Below, in pieces: positions 49,534 through 60,474 of a stretch of DNA of 60,474 nucleotides. The DNA is taken from contig NIVC01003299.1 in NCBI GenBank assembly GCA_002269645.1, positions 1-60,474 on the forward strand, given 5' to 3'. The DNA comes from Macrostomum lignano. Lineage: Eukaryota. Below the pieces are notes generated by a model that was not told where the DNA came from, searched no databases, and saw only the letters and a program-made list of their open reading frames with translations. A program made the translations under genes and the position numbers. Position 1 is the stretch's first letter; each line of letters begins with the position of its first letter.

Positions 49534-52500
49534 TTAGCGGCTATCAGAATTCGCGGATGAGCACATTCTCAGCAAACGCTTTTGCTCATGCAACTGCGTC
49601 TGCACTTTTTGTGCAGAAAAAAGGCTCACGAAATTGTTGTAATCGCAACTTGATACTCGCAAATCTGCAAATGCACGAACTCTACTCACCGCAGTATAAA
49701 ATAATCCAGCTGGAATAGCTTTCCTGGCGCCTCCTTTGCTAAACGCCACGTACGCTTTTGGAATTGTAAGTCCTTGGCTCTTGTGAATCGTACTAGCCCA
49801 AGCCAATCGTAGTGGAAATTGTTGACGCGACAATTGGGCTCCTCCTTTAAACTTTTCATTCGTTACTGACAGAATTGGCACTACACGAATTGCACGATTA
49901 TCTTGTACAATTGCCCCCATTGCTGGGCCAGAATAATTGTCAAATTCAACCCAAATACAATCTGGCCAATCCTTTGGTGATTGCCTTCCAGGAGCGTAGC
50001 AAATTCCTCGTACAGTTCCAACTGATCCATTCACAAGTCCATTGCGTACTGACAGATTTCTAGTTAGCATTACTCGAGCACCAATACACAAATAGAGTCG
50101 CTTCTCCAGATTCGTATCCGATTTTTTATGTTCCTTCTTTTTGCCACACAATTTTGCTTCGTCTCCTTTACAAATTGCGTTAATTTGCCGCACAGGATTC
50201 AATTCGGAAACCATCTTTCCCAATAGCATGTAGTTGCGATTTCTCACATCCTCGTTAGTGTGATATAAAAATGTACACCCGCTTTGGAAACCTTCAGGCA
50301 AAAGGTCGGGAGCATAGACGCGACAATTGTTCATCAACGAATTCCAGCAGGCTTCGTCGGCCTTGCCTTCGCGAAGTTTATCCAACAACTGGGCGAATTC
50401 CGTATCGTTTGCTTGTCGGACTTGTTCTGTCAGATGCACAACCTTTTTGAACTCCATGTACAATTTATAGCCTTCAGATTTCAATATATCGTGCTTCTTT
50501 TGATTTGGATTGTAAACGTACAGTTGCGTGTCCAAAACTGGAGGCAATTGAAACACGTCGCCAATTAGGATTACAGATCGACCACCAAAACTCTGTTTAC
50601 TGTGTTCTGGAAACAATTCGCGCAAACGAGCATCCACCTTACGGAGTAACCTTTGGCCAAGCATGCTAAATTCGTCAATAAAAATGTAGCGCACATCTTT
50701 CCACTGCTCTTGCATCTCCATTAGGGATTTCTTGCCAACACCAGCACTAAAATTTACATTCAATTTCAAAGCCGAGTGCAAAGTTTCGCCTGCAATATTG
50801 AAAGCGGCTACGCCTGTTGATGCCATAATTCTGCATCTTGATTCTCCAATCAACCGACGCAATGTAGAAATCAAGTAGCTTTTTCCAGTTCCAGCGCTAC
50901 CATACAAAATTGCTTTGAGAGGCTCCGGCTTTTCGCCTTGGTTTTCTTCGGCTAGTCTTGAAAGCTGCAAATGACTTTCAATTAGGTTGTACATTTCTCG
51001 CTGCCGAACATTAAGCGATTCAACACTGTTTATCGGCATGTCAGCGACCTCTCTTGCGCCAAGTTTTAGGTCGCTACTTAAAAACGCCTTTGCTTCTCCA
51101 ACCGTTGGAAACTGGCCGCCACTAGCTGCGCTCCAGTCAAAATTTTCTGGCGGCTTTGGCAATTGATCTTCTGGACAGGCCAATAGATTTCTCTCGCGAT
51201 GAAGTGCCCCCACTGCAACCATCCAATCTTCTTGCTCTTCGTGCTCATAAGTTGGCTGAGCAGCAGATTGCGCATTTGCGTTGGTCATTTCGGGTAGCTC
51301 CGCAACTGCTTCGACTTCTTCGTCAGCTTCGTCGTTGCGCAAATCGTCCAAATTGGGCAGCTGCAGCTCGCATCGATTCTCAGCAGGCATGGCTTCGTAC
51401 GCTTGCTGCCAGCTTGTGTGCAAACCTTTGGCTTCTCGCTCATTTCGCCAACAACTGTACAACAAAACCTGCTGCCGATAATAGCCTTCGCGTCTTTCGT
51501 CTGATTGCTCATTCGGTCGAAAAAATGGACTGATTAGCAAAACTACTTGTTTCGGCCTTTTTGTGCACCTCCCATTAGGGCTGAGACAGTAGTCGGAAAA
51601 GAAACGAAACATTGTTACATTTTCCAAATTCTTTGCACGCTTTGAATACTTGTCGCAACTATTCCTGCAAACACCCTTTTCCTCCACTGCGCGGGTTTCG
51701 CCAGTCTGAACAAAAACAAATTCTCGCGAACCCTTGTACATTGACGTCTGCAATAGCAAATGCATTGCCTCTTGCGCCGAATAATCACGCGCTCCAACTT
51801 GCGCCATCAAGTGTTGTTGTACAACACGCCTTGCAGTGTTGCTACGCTGAAAATTGTTATCGGCATTCTGTTCTGCATTATCTTCCAACTCCTTATGAAG
51901 ACGCTTTGTCAGCTCCGCCATATAATCCGACTCCTTTTCGCTTTTTGTCGCATACTTGATCAAATAGCGAATCAAATTCTTCACGGACGAAATCATTTGA
52001 ACATCGACATTGGCTCTCCACATGCACAGCAACTGCGGACTGTGAGAAATCATTCGCTCGTCGTTGCGCTGCGTCTCAACTTGCCAATTTAAACGGGATA
52101 CTCGCTTTGCAACAGTCTTTTCCTGCGGCTCGCGCGGATACTTGAATCGGCACTCTTGTTTGCCTTTTACTGTTCGCAAGCACTTTTTACTGCAAATAGT
52201 GTGCCTCTCTGTCAAATGCGAAATTAACTGCAAATCTTGCTTGTCATTTTCAATCTCTTCCGGTTTCAGTTGAGCTGGATGACCTTGACCTGCTAAACTG
52301 CCATTCAAAACTTGATTTCCATAATCCGATTCGTCCATGGCCAAATTCCAACTACAGATGTACTTGTCAACAAAGCTCGTCAATTCTTCTGCATTCAATG
52401 TATTCGATGTCACATCAACACCATCTGGCATCCAAATGCAACCGTGAACGTGTGGACTTCCGCGACTCTGATATTCTATGCGAAACCAATAATCGTTTAC

Positions 52501-55500
52501 TTTCCAGTGCTCGACCAAAAAACGTTTCAAACATGTTTCAAATCGCAACCAAAACACAGTGTCTGCCATTCCGGGATCTTTTTGCAACTTTGACAACATT
52601 TCTGCTCTTAGTTCTACATTGCTTTCATATTGCTCTGCATCGATTCCCCAGGCATGCTGCAACTCTGGCCAATGTACATCTGCTGCCGATAGTGTCACGA
52701 AAAAATGAGGAACACCAAGCGTTCGAATCATGGCTTCCAATTGCCGTCCTTTACTCTGCCAATAAGCGCTTGTGCCTCGCAAATCTGATGCTCGAACTGA
52801 CACGCTAGCCAATACTGCCGGGTCATTTAGTGCTTCAATCATTTCCTTGGCACTTAATCCAGCATACTTGTTGTCGTGTACAAACACGCGACCAACTTCC
52901 AGCGCCCTCCAACGCATCACCATATTTTCAATGTAAAATTTAAACCGCAAATCGGTACGAAATCTTGGACACCGGAATTGCATCAAATGCTTTGCATAGT
53001 CGCCCAAACTTAGTCCAAAATTACGTGGCGTACTATAATCTCCTGCTCCATCCGGAAAGAGATGAGGATAAGCCAATGTAAAATATCCTTCATCCTGAAA
53101 TTCGTTTACCGGCTCGTTGCTTCTTGCTGGCCATTTCAATTTTTCACTCAAAAATTTGTCTCGTACTGCCGATTCCAATCGACGCAAAGGAGTCTCCAAC
53201 AGCGAACTAATTGTTTCCTCGAGCTCGTTCGTCTCGTCCGCATTTTTTTCTACTTGTTGCTGCAATCGCTCAGCTCTGGCTGAGCCGCCTTCTTGCTGTG
53301 CCGCCTCGAAATTCACTTCATTGTCAGACTGCATTTCGACAATCATACCTTCTACTTGATGAGCATAACCATCTTCAGGCAGATGTAGCAACGCATCATT
53401 ATTCATTGAAACCTGATACTGTCTAAAGTACTTGTTGTTTGCCATTAAATAGCGCATCGCATTAGTCACTTTGTCGCGTCGAACTCGCAAATTGTTCATT
53501 GTGCCGCTTTGCGCTTCTCCAGGCTGAACACGGGCTCTTTCGTCGTACATTAAAACAACTGGCAGAGATCGTCTTGGCAGCTCTCGCAAAACGTGCGACT
53601 GATCTTGAGGCAACATGATTCCGTGTCCTCTCGATTTTGTTTGCTTTTGGGGAAAAATTTGTACCACAACAATAACCGACAAAACTGGCGAAATCAACAT
53701 TTGCTCTGCTACACTCAAATCTTGCAAATCTTCTGGCTGCTCCAACATCGGAATCGCATTGTTTTCTTGGCTAAACGATTTCGGCTCATTGTCATCTCTG
53801 AAACAACGATCGCACATGTCTTCAGAATCGATGCTAAAATATTTTCCAGGAAACTTTTCCCTACACACGTAGCACTGTTTCAAATGTGATACTTTTGTTA
53901 TGTTTTCATTGAAAAAGTCTTGCCTCATCTTTTTGAACTGGTCTGTGAACGGATTGCGAAGGCACTTTGGCAGATTAGGATCTCCGATTTCATCTTCAAC
54001 AATTGGAGCATCTTGAGCGCTCTCTTCTGAAGTGCTGCTCTGCGGAACATTTTCTTTAGCTGGCTGCTGCTCCATTGTAGGCCGCTTTCTGGGTGACGAA
54101 CGGATCGCTTCATCAGGCTTCTCCTGAGTAGCACGTGTCTTTCGTGGTGATGAATACGTAGAAGTAGCTGGAATATTATCAGACTGACGTTTATCTTGCT
54201 GCTCCTGCTGCAAAGGTGCCGTCTTCCTAGGCGACGATCGAACGGGTTCGCAGATATGATTTTCTGCGTTTGTCAATCTCTGTTTCCGTGGTAAAGAATT
54301 TGCATAGTTGACCACTTGCTGCTGGTTTTTCAAACGCTCGCTGCGACGAGTAGGAGCACTTGGTACAACGTCGCTCTTCTTTTCTCGACCTCTTCCTTTT
54401 TCCAAATGGCAAGAAACGCTTGAAACCGCCGAAACTGAGTCGCCACAACCGATGCAACTGCAACATGGTGCTCTCCGAGTGCGACTGCTTCTTCTCAATA
54501 AGCTCTGACCAGATACACTAGAGGCTGCAACAGACACAGACTCTAATGTGTTTGCTTTAGCGCTCAGTCGACTACTCCGACGCGTAGCGCAACTTGCCTT
54601 CCCAACATCCTTTTTACGCCGACTGCGCCGCGGAACATTTGATGGCACGGACTCTGACACACGATCACTTTTAACTGACTCTGACACATGCTCAATTTCA
54701 ACTGACTCTGCGCTATCCTCCGCGTCAAGATCGACATTCCAATTCCAGACAGAGTTGTTCCGATCCCGAAGCACTTCATATGAATTCGGATGCGCAAACA
54801 AACTCGTATTATTTTCCAAGGACTTTGCTTGATTTCTACAACGTCCCTTCCAATGCCTACTTTGAACTCGGGTCCAGTCTGCAACCTTTTCAAAAGGCGT
54901 CATTGGTGGAGCTGGAGGTGGCATCATTACAACAGGATCTTCGACAACATGAACATTCTCGTTGAGAGGGGGCATTTCCACATTCTTGGCGCTCAAATCT
55001 CCTTGGCCAGTCGGCCGAACTGAGCTTGCTTCATTAACTTCCAAATCATTGACACGAACGATTTCGTAGTGTTGACTACCAGGATTAAACAACAATCGAA
55101 TAGTAGCCAAACGTTCTCCAATATTCGGTCGGGAATAATGGCCAGGCCGCGCTAGATTAAGCATGTTTGACTGATAAATAAACACTTCTAGCCGCAACAG
55201 TTCACCAATTAGTTCTGGAACTCCGCATGGCACGTACATACGGGGACGCCTTGTATCGTCGCGCACTTTTTCCCAATTCAGTCCTGTTTGCATAATTCTT
55301 TCCTGATTATTGACATCGCGATGCACCCATTGCTCGAATTCTGCAGCAACCGCATCTCGAAAATCTTCTACGCTTAGCGATTGATAGGCGGAAAAACCTG
55401 GCAGTTCTTGTAATTGTCTCAATATGGCCGTGAAAAAACAGTTGCCGTCACCTCGTACATTCTCAACGCGACACGAAGAAAAAGGAACCCATACAGGTTG

Positions 55501-56973
55501 GACTTGTACAGCAGCAGTTACATGACCTTCGGCAAAATCCATTGCAGTAGCACCTGTTTCATCTGTAAAAGAATACAACTCTTAAACAGTGAGGTATGAT
55601 AATTTTAAGGAATTGAGCATTAATTGTATTTTGCACAAGTCGTAAACACTAAAATCTAATTTTCAATATTCGCAAGCAAAGTCAGATGTAAGAAAGAAAA
55701 TTAACTTGTACTATGCATAGAAATTCAATAAAAAATAAACTCTCACCAGCACTCAAGTAGCCTATAAGTTGCTCATTGTAAGCAGCACCAGAATTGGGCA
55801 CTTCAGCATCACCTTCGACCACGGGGTATTCCGAAGCAGCCAGAGCGTCGGCCAGAGCAGCATCATGTTCAGCTAGCAGGGCAGCCAGACCAGCCTCGTC
55901 CAGCTTAATCACAGACTCAGTTTTAGCAGCAGCATCAGCAGAAGCACCAGCTTTAGTCCCAGCAGCGGCAATAGAAGAGGCAGCAGCAGCTTCCGGTTGT
56001 ACATCTGGCTCTTGAATCTGTTCTTCGCCAGCAGTTAAATCACCGACAGCAGCAACTTTAATATTATTCTTGGAGCGGCTCCAGTTTTTCTTCTTCGGCC
56101 GTCCGCACTTTTTCGCACCTGTTTAAAGTCACAGTAAAAAAGAAATTTATAAATCTACCTATATATATATATATATATATGTCTGTCCATCTATTTCGCT
56201 CTAGAGCGTGCCATTCTTGATCAATTTTGATAGCGTTTTTTCTAAACTATTGCAGATTTTGCACTGATTATACAGTGGTCAAAATTTCTTAAATCTGCTC
56301 AAATTCTAAGGGTGTTAAACATTCGAAAATAGAGTTTCTATAATTATTTTAATGATCTGTCAAACAAGGTCAGATTCCAATTGAATTTATTCCCTTTGTC
56401 AAACTATTCAGTCGAAACTACTCAGTCGAAACTATTGAGTTCACACTATTCAGTCAAAACTACTCAGTCAAGATTATTAAGTCTAAACTATTCAGTTGTA
56501 ACTATTCAGTTGAAATTATTCTGTCTGTCAAAACTATTCAGGCGAAACTATTCAATCTAAACTATTGAGTGTGAACTATTGATTTGAGCTGCGTCAGTTA
56601 AGAGTTTGAAAAATTCACATTTTTAGACATCTGAAAAACACTTTTTTACAGAATTACCTGTGAACTATTCAGTGTGAGTTATAGTGTGAACAATTGAGAT
56701 TTATTGTTTGGTAAATAAATTGTGTAGTGCAGGAACTTTTTAGTTTGTCTGTTGCCCAAATGGGCAGCCAAGAATGCTAGTAAAAGCTGGTTTCCTAAGG
56801 TGTGAATATTAATAATAAAGGTAGGATTGCTTTGAAACTATTCCTGAAAGTAGCACCTATCACCTGCAAGTTGCAACAAATGTACAAAACTTACTATTGG
56901 CAGCAACAGAAGAAGCACTTGTATCCTTGTTAATGCTAGTGTTGTCCTTGATGCTGTTTTTGTCGTTGCCCAT
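49534..56973 (-). CDS. RepHel: Helitron RepHel transposase: OTU protease + HUH Rep endonuclease + PIF1 helicase, 3 exons, ~2159 aa
   Basis: Exons 56973-56895, 56118-55747, 55562-49534 (GT-AG, both phase 1, total 6480 nt). OTU GDGNCFF...HYE; Rep PHFFVTLSAAD, EYQSRGSPHVHG, YLIKYATK; PIF1 GSAGTGKS, IDEFSMLG, FGGRSVILIGDVFQLPPV, GLVNGS, AWASTIHKSQGLT, YTAVSRV. No C-terminal endonuclease domain. Confidence 0.95.
56400..56700. repeat. Degenerate 13-15-bp repeat (AAACTATTCAGTC)n in RepHel intron 1; (TA)n at 56160-56180
   Basis: Direct reading. Confidence 0.8.
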
Positions 56974-58465
56974 CCTGTCTAAATAAACATGTTAGTAAAT
57001 ATTTCAGAATGATAAAGAAACTAATTAGCTAAACACAGAAAACATGCTACTCTTTACCAAGTTAACTCAACTCTTTTCTGGTGGCAAATTTAGTTAAACT
57101 ACGAACACTAGCACTGCTACTGGATTGTGGATTAATATGCTGCAGCATAATATACTGGCATATAGGCGGTGTGTGCCATGTAGTTTTTGTGCTTTCAACA
57201 TTTTTTCTTGGATTTAGTGCATATTTTCTAGAGTTTTTTCAGGCATATTCCATGTTTTTGTACATGCTTCTAGGAATTCTATATCAGCAAAAAAACATCC
57301 CTTGGTAAAAATTCACCATAAACTAAGTGTCTAGCACTTTCAAGCATTGCTTGATATAAGGAGCATTGGCATGTATATATTGTCTAGCAAAAATGCTAAA
57401 TTTATAATAAATTGAGCAGAATTTATAAAAAGTGTCCACAAACTTCTACCATTAAGCAGAGTACTACAGATATTTGTACTATGCTAAACATATGAAGAAA
57501 TAAAAAGAATACTTACTTCAAAACTAAAGTCTTAAGTCAAAATTATGCAAACAAAAGGAAAATTCAAGTTAAATTTGACTGATAACTACAAAATAAAATG
57601 TGAAAGGATGAGTACTTTTAAAAGATATATGTAAATATGACTATAATTTATAAAAATATGGAGCAAAAAGCAAAGCAGAGAAAAAAAACGTAAATATTTG
57701 GCAGAATACAATTAATTAGCTATAAAATAATATTAAAGTACTATACTTCAGTTATATTTCAAATAAAATTTGAAGCTTACACTTACAGTGTAAAACTGAT
57801 AACAATTGAATATATTACAATTAAAACTTGTACTTGTAGAATATAATATATTGTACAATAATTATATATAATGTAGTAGGATACGAATAAATAGCGTAAC
57901 AAAACCGAATATTATAGCTACAGATTGAAGCTTGAAAATATTTCAGATTTAGATAGCGTTTGCTTAGATAAGTTGCTTTGAAAATTTGGGGTCAAATTTG
58001 TCCTACAGCAATAAACTACTGTTAACATAACCGATTTAAATTTAAATTTTTGTAGAAATTATAAGGAACAGAACGACTGAAATGTACAGTTTAATTATTT
58101 CAAAATTAAATAATTTCGAATTCTATTTTACCTTATTGCTTTCTTCAATTAAATTTTGTTATACAATTTATAAAATGCCTATTTTCAAAATATACCTCAA
58201 AAAGTAAGTTCAACAGCTTTAAAAATGCGCACGTTTTTACACTTCACGGCTCCAAAAAGTCACCATAGAAGATTTTTGCAGGACGCAAGACTTTTTACGT
58301 TACAAAATAGCACTTTTATGTGCATTTTTTATTCAGTTTCAAAAGGCTTTTTAGTTACCTATTTGGTATTTTTGTTTTAAAGATTTTTGCGAAATCAGGT
58401 CATTTTAACTTGTTACGAAACTGTGGACCCACACTTTTACGCAACGCAATGCGCATGATGTCATC

Positions 58466-59526
58466 TTAAAGCACTTGCTAAATGCTATTTATTGACACTA
58501 CACTGAAGGCCTGGCGTAGGATAGTTAATAAATGGCAGCGTGAAATATAGCAAAAAAACGCATAGTACCGGAACCTCGTAATTCGGTAAAATGTTAATAG
58601 CGTCAAAATACGAATTTTCGCACACTAACGAAGATGGCAGTCATCTGTACGTGTTTACTGGGCACAATAGTGCTCTTGGAAGCTAAGAACCTCATAGCGA
58701 AAATTAATATATTTTCCGCCCTATGTAGTGCTCAAATGGGTTGTTTTTGCACAAAATCACGTTTTTCGATTTTGAGAGTCAATTAAAAATTTTTTTTGCA
58801 ACTGACAGACGTGAATGTCACTTTTTCTGAGAGTATTCATCTAGATGTTTCTAATAAGTACTAATATGGGTCATTCTTATGCTTCACCTATCCTTAGTAT
58901 AGGTACAAAGTCATTATTTCATTTCCAGCAAGTCACGTGACCTGGCCTGAGGTGTACAACGCATCGTGCAATGCCAGCGAACATACACTCAAATTAAAGC
59001 ACTTTTTAAATGCTAACTATTGACACCACACTGAAGGCCTGGCGTAGCATCGTTAATAAATGGCAGCGTGAAATATAGCAAAAAAACGCATAACACCGGA
59101 ACCTCGTAATTCGGTAAATGTTATTAGCGTAAAAATACGAATTTTCGCACACTAACGAAGATAGCAGTCATCTGTACGTGTTTACTGGGCACAATAGTGC
59201 TCTTGGAAGCTAAGAACCTCATAGCGAAAATCAATAAATTTTTCACCCTATGTGTGCTCATATAGGTTGTTTTTGCACAAAATCACGTTTTTCGATTTTA
59301 AAAGTCAATTATAACAAAATTTTGCAACTGACAGACGTGAATATCATTTTTTCTGACAGTAGTCATCTAGGTGTTTCTAATAAGTACAAATTTTGGTTCA
59401 TTCTTACGCTTCACCTATCCTTAGTATAGGTACAAAGTCATTATTTCATTTCCAGCAAGTCACGTGACCTGACCTGAGGTGTACAACGCATCGTGCAATG
59501 ACAGCGAACATACATTCAAATTAAAG
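58466..59526. repeat. Tandem duplication of a ~528-bp unit
   Basis: Landmarks TTAAAGCACT at 58466/58994 and CTGAAGGCCT at 58503/59031; both copies contain GTCACGTGAC (58932, 59459). Confidence 0.95.
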
Positions 59527-60080
59527 TACATCTAAAATGTAGTTCAATGACACCAAGCGCGCGTCGCGCTCCGGTAATCCGCTCAAAAGTTACAGGCTAA
59601 AAAGTATGTTCGATATGCAAGCCCCCGTACCGTCGTTAAAGTACATTTCTGTACCGGCAGCGACTTCAATAAACTAAGACGAAATTTCAAAATATACATA
59701 TTGTGCGCAATTTAGTTGTGCACCTTGCCTAAAAAGTCTGATTTTCCTAGCATGTCGTCGTTTCTTATTTTTTGTACATTTGTATCATGAAAAATACATA
59801 AAAATAGCCTAAATCACGTTTATCGACTTTAGCAGTGTATGGCTCAGAGTCAGTGCAACGAAACGGCTCAAAATGTATTATAAACATGTAGATCTTACCT
59901 AAATGACCGCATTCATGTACTTTTTAGAGTCTCGCAACAAGGTTGAATTTCCTTTATTTCGGTTCGAATACCTACCCGTCGAATATTCGAATGTAATTAA
60001 CAGGTGCGAATGTACAGTTAAAGTGAGTATCTTGGTTAAAGTCGTGCGTCATGTAAGAGTCCCAGGTGCCATTGTTAGAA

Positions 60081-60128
60081 TGACGCAGCTCAAAGGTCGC
60101 GCTGACGCGCGACCTTTGAGCTGCGTCA
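60081..60128. other. Perfect 22-bp-stem hairpin with 4-nt loop
   Basis: TGACGCAGCTCAAAGGTCGCGC-TGAC-GCGCGACCTTTGAGCTGCGTCA. Confidence 0.95.
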
Positions 60129-60345
60129 GTTGAAAGTTGAAAAAATGCGCATTTTTTGACACTTAAAAAACACACTTTTACAGAATTACCTATCAAGGTA
60201 AGCATTTAGCGGAAAATAACCAATCAGTGTCTTGAAGGTCTGAAAATTCGCCAAAAGTTGGGTTCAATCAATTTTTGACTCCATATTGTGAATCCTTATT
60301 TTTTGAGATTCAAGATTTGGACGGGTCTAAAAAAGTCACTTTTTT

Positions 60346-60380
60346 GTTGCCATGGCAACCAAGACGCGTTGCTATGGAAC
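60346..60380. promoter_or_regulatory. Tandem RFX X-box motifs
   Basis: Perfect palindrome GTTGCCATGGCAAC 60346-60359 and GTTGCTATGGAAC 60368-60380. Confidence 0.65.
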
Positions 60381-60474
60381 TTTCACGTCACACATCTTGT
60401 AGCCCTAAATGTTTTACGTCCATAGAGGTCACACATGGTTTCATCTCAAGTGGTTTTAACTCTGGCATCAATTT

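Larger units (their letters stand above)
45915..60130 (-). mobile_element. Autonomous Helitron-like element (Helitron2/Helentron, HLE2-type); termini not resolved
   Basis: Intact OTU-Rep-PIF1 gene, internal satellite, AT-rich repeat-laden upstream region and a perfect hairpin; span approximate. Confidence 0.75.

Noticed and set aside
57081-57308. 75-aa hydrophobic ORF upstream of RepHel
   Set aside because: GTG start, T-rich composition explains the hydrophobicity, antisense to the likely RepHel 5' region
49534-60474. Fanzor/TnpB or AP endonuclease cargo known from some Helitron2/Helentron elements
   Set aside because: No RuvC-like or endonuclease ORF seen; RepHel ends right after the helicase motifs

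Overview
Eukaryotic (metazoan) genomic DNA, not prokaryotic. The GC-rich exons with poly-Q/poly-G tracts, ~80-140 nt minimal introns and dense minisatellites suggest a free-living flatworm such as Macrostomum (inference only). Genes reconstructed by hand with phase-consistent GT-AG splicing are a 6-exon DLC1/STARD13-type RhoGAP-START gene (+), a 9-exon cation-type nicotinic acetylcholine receptor alpha subunit (-) and a 2-exon FAX/metaxin-like GST-fold gene with frameshifts (-). Also present: tRNA-Glu(CTC), a single-exon secreted and probably GPI-anchored protein (+), a secreted Cys-rich orphan (-), and the first exon only of fructose-1,6-bisphosphatase (+, absent from the ORF track). The right third holds an intact, spliced Helitron2/Helentron-type OTU-Rep-PIF1 gene (-, ~2159 aa) whose N-terminal linker carries HMGN-like RRSxRL, SPRK and AT-hook-like motifs. 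A 3.6-kb satellite lies directly after its stop codon. Roughly 30% of the window is made of more than 20 different tandem arrays, plus two CORE-like tRNA-SINEs, RTE, I-group LINE and hAT remnants, and a foldback element. Most long ORFs in the track are translations of satellites.
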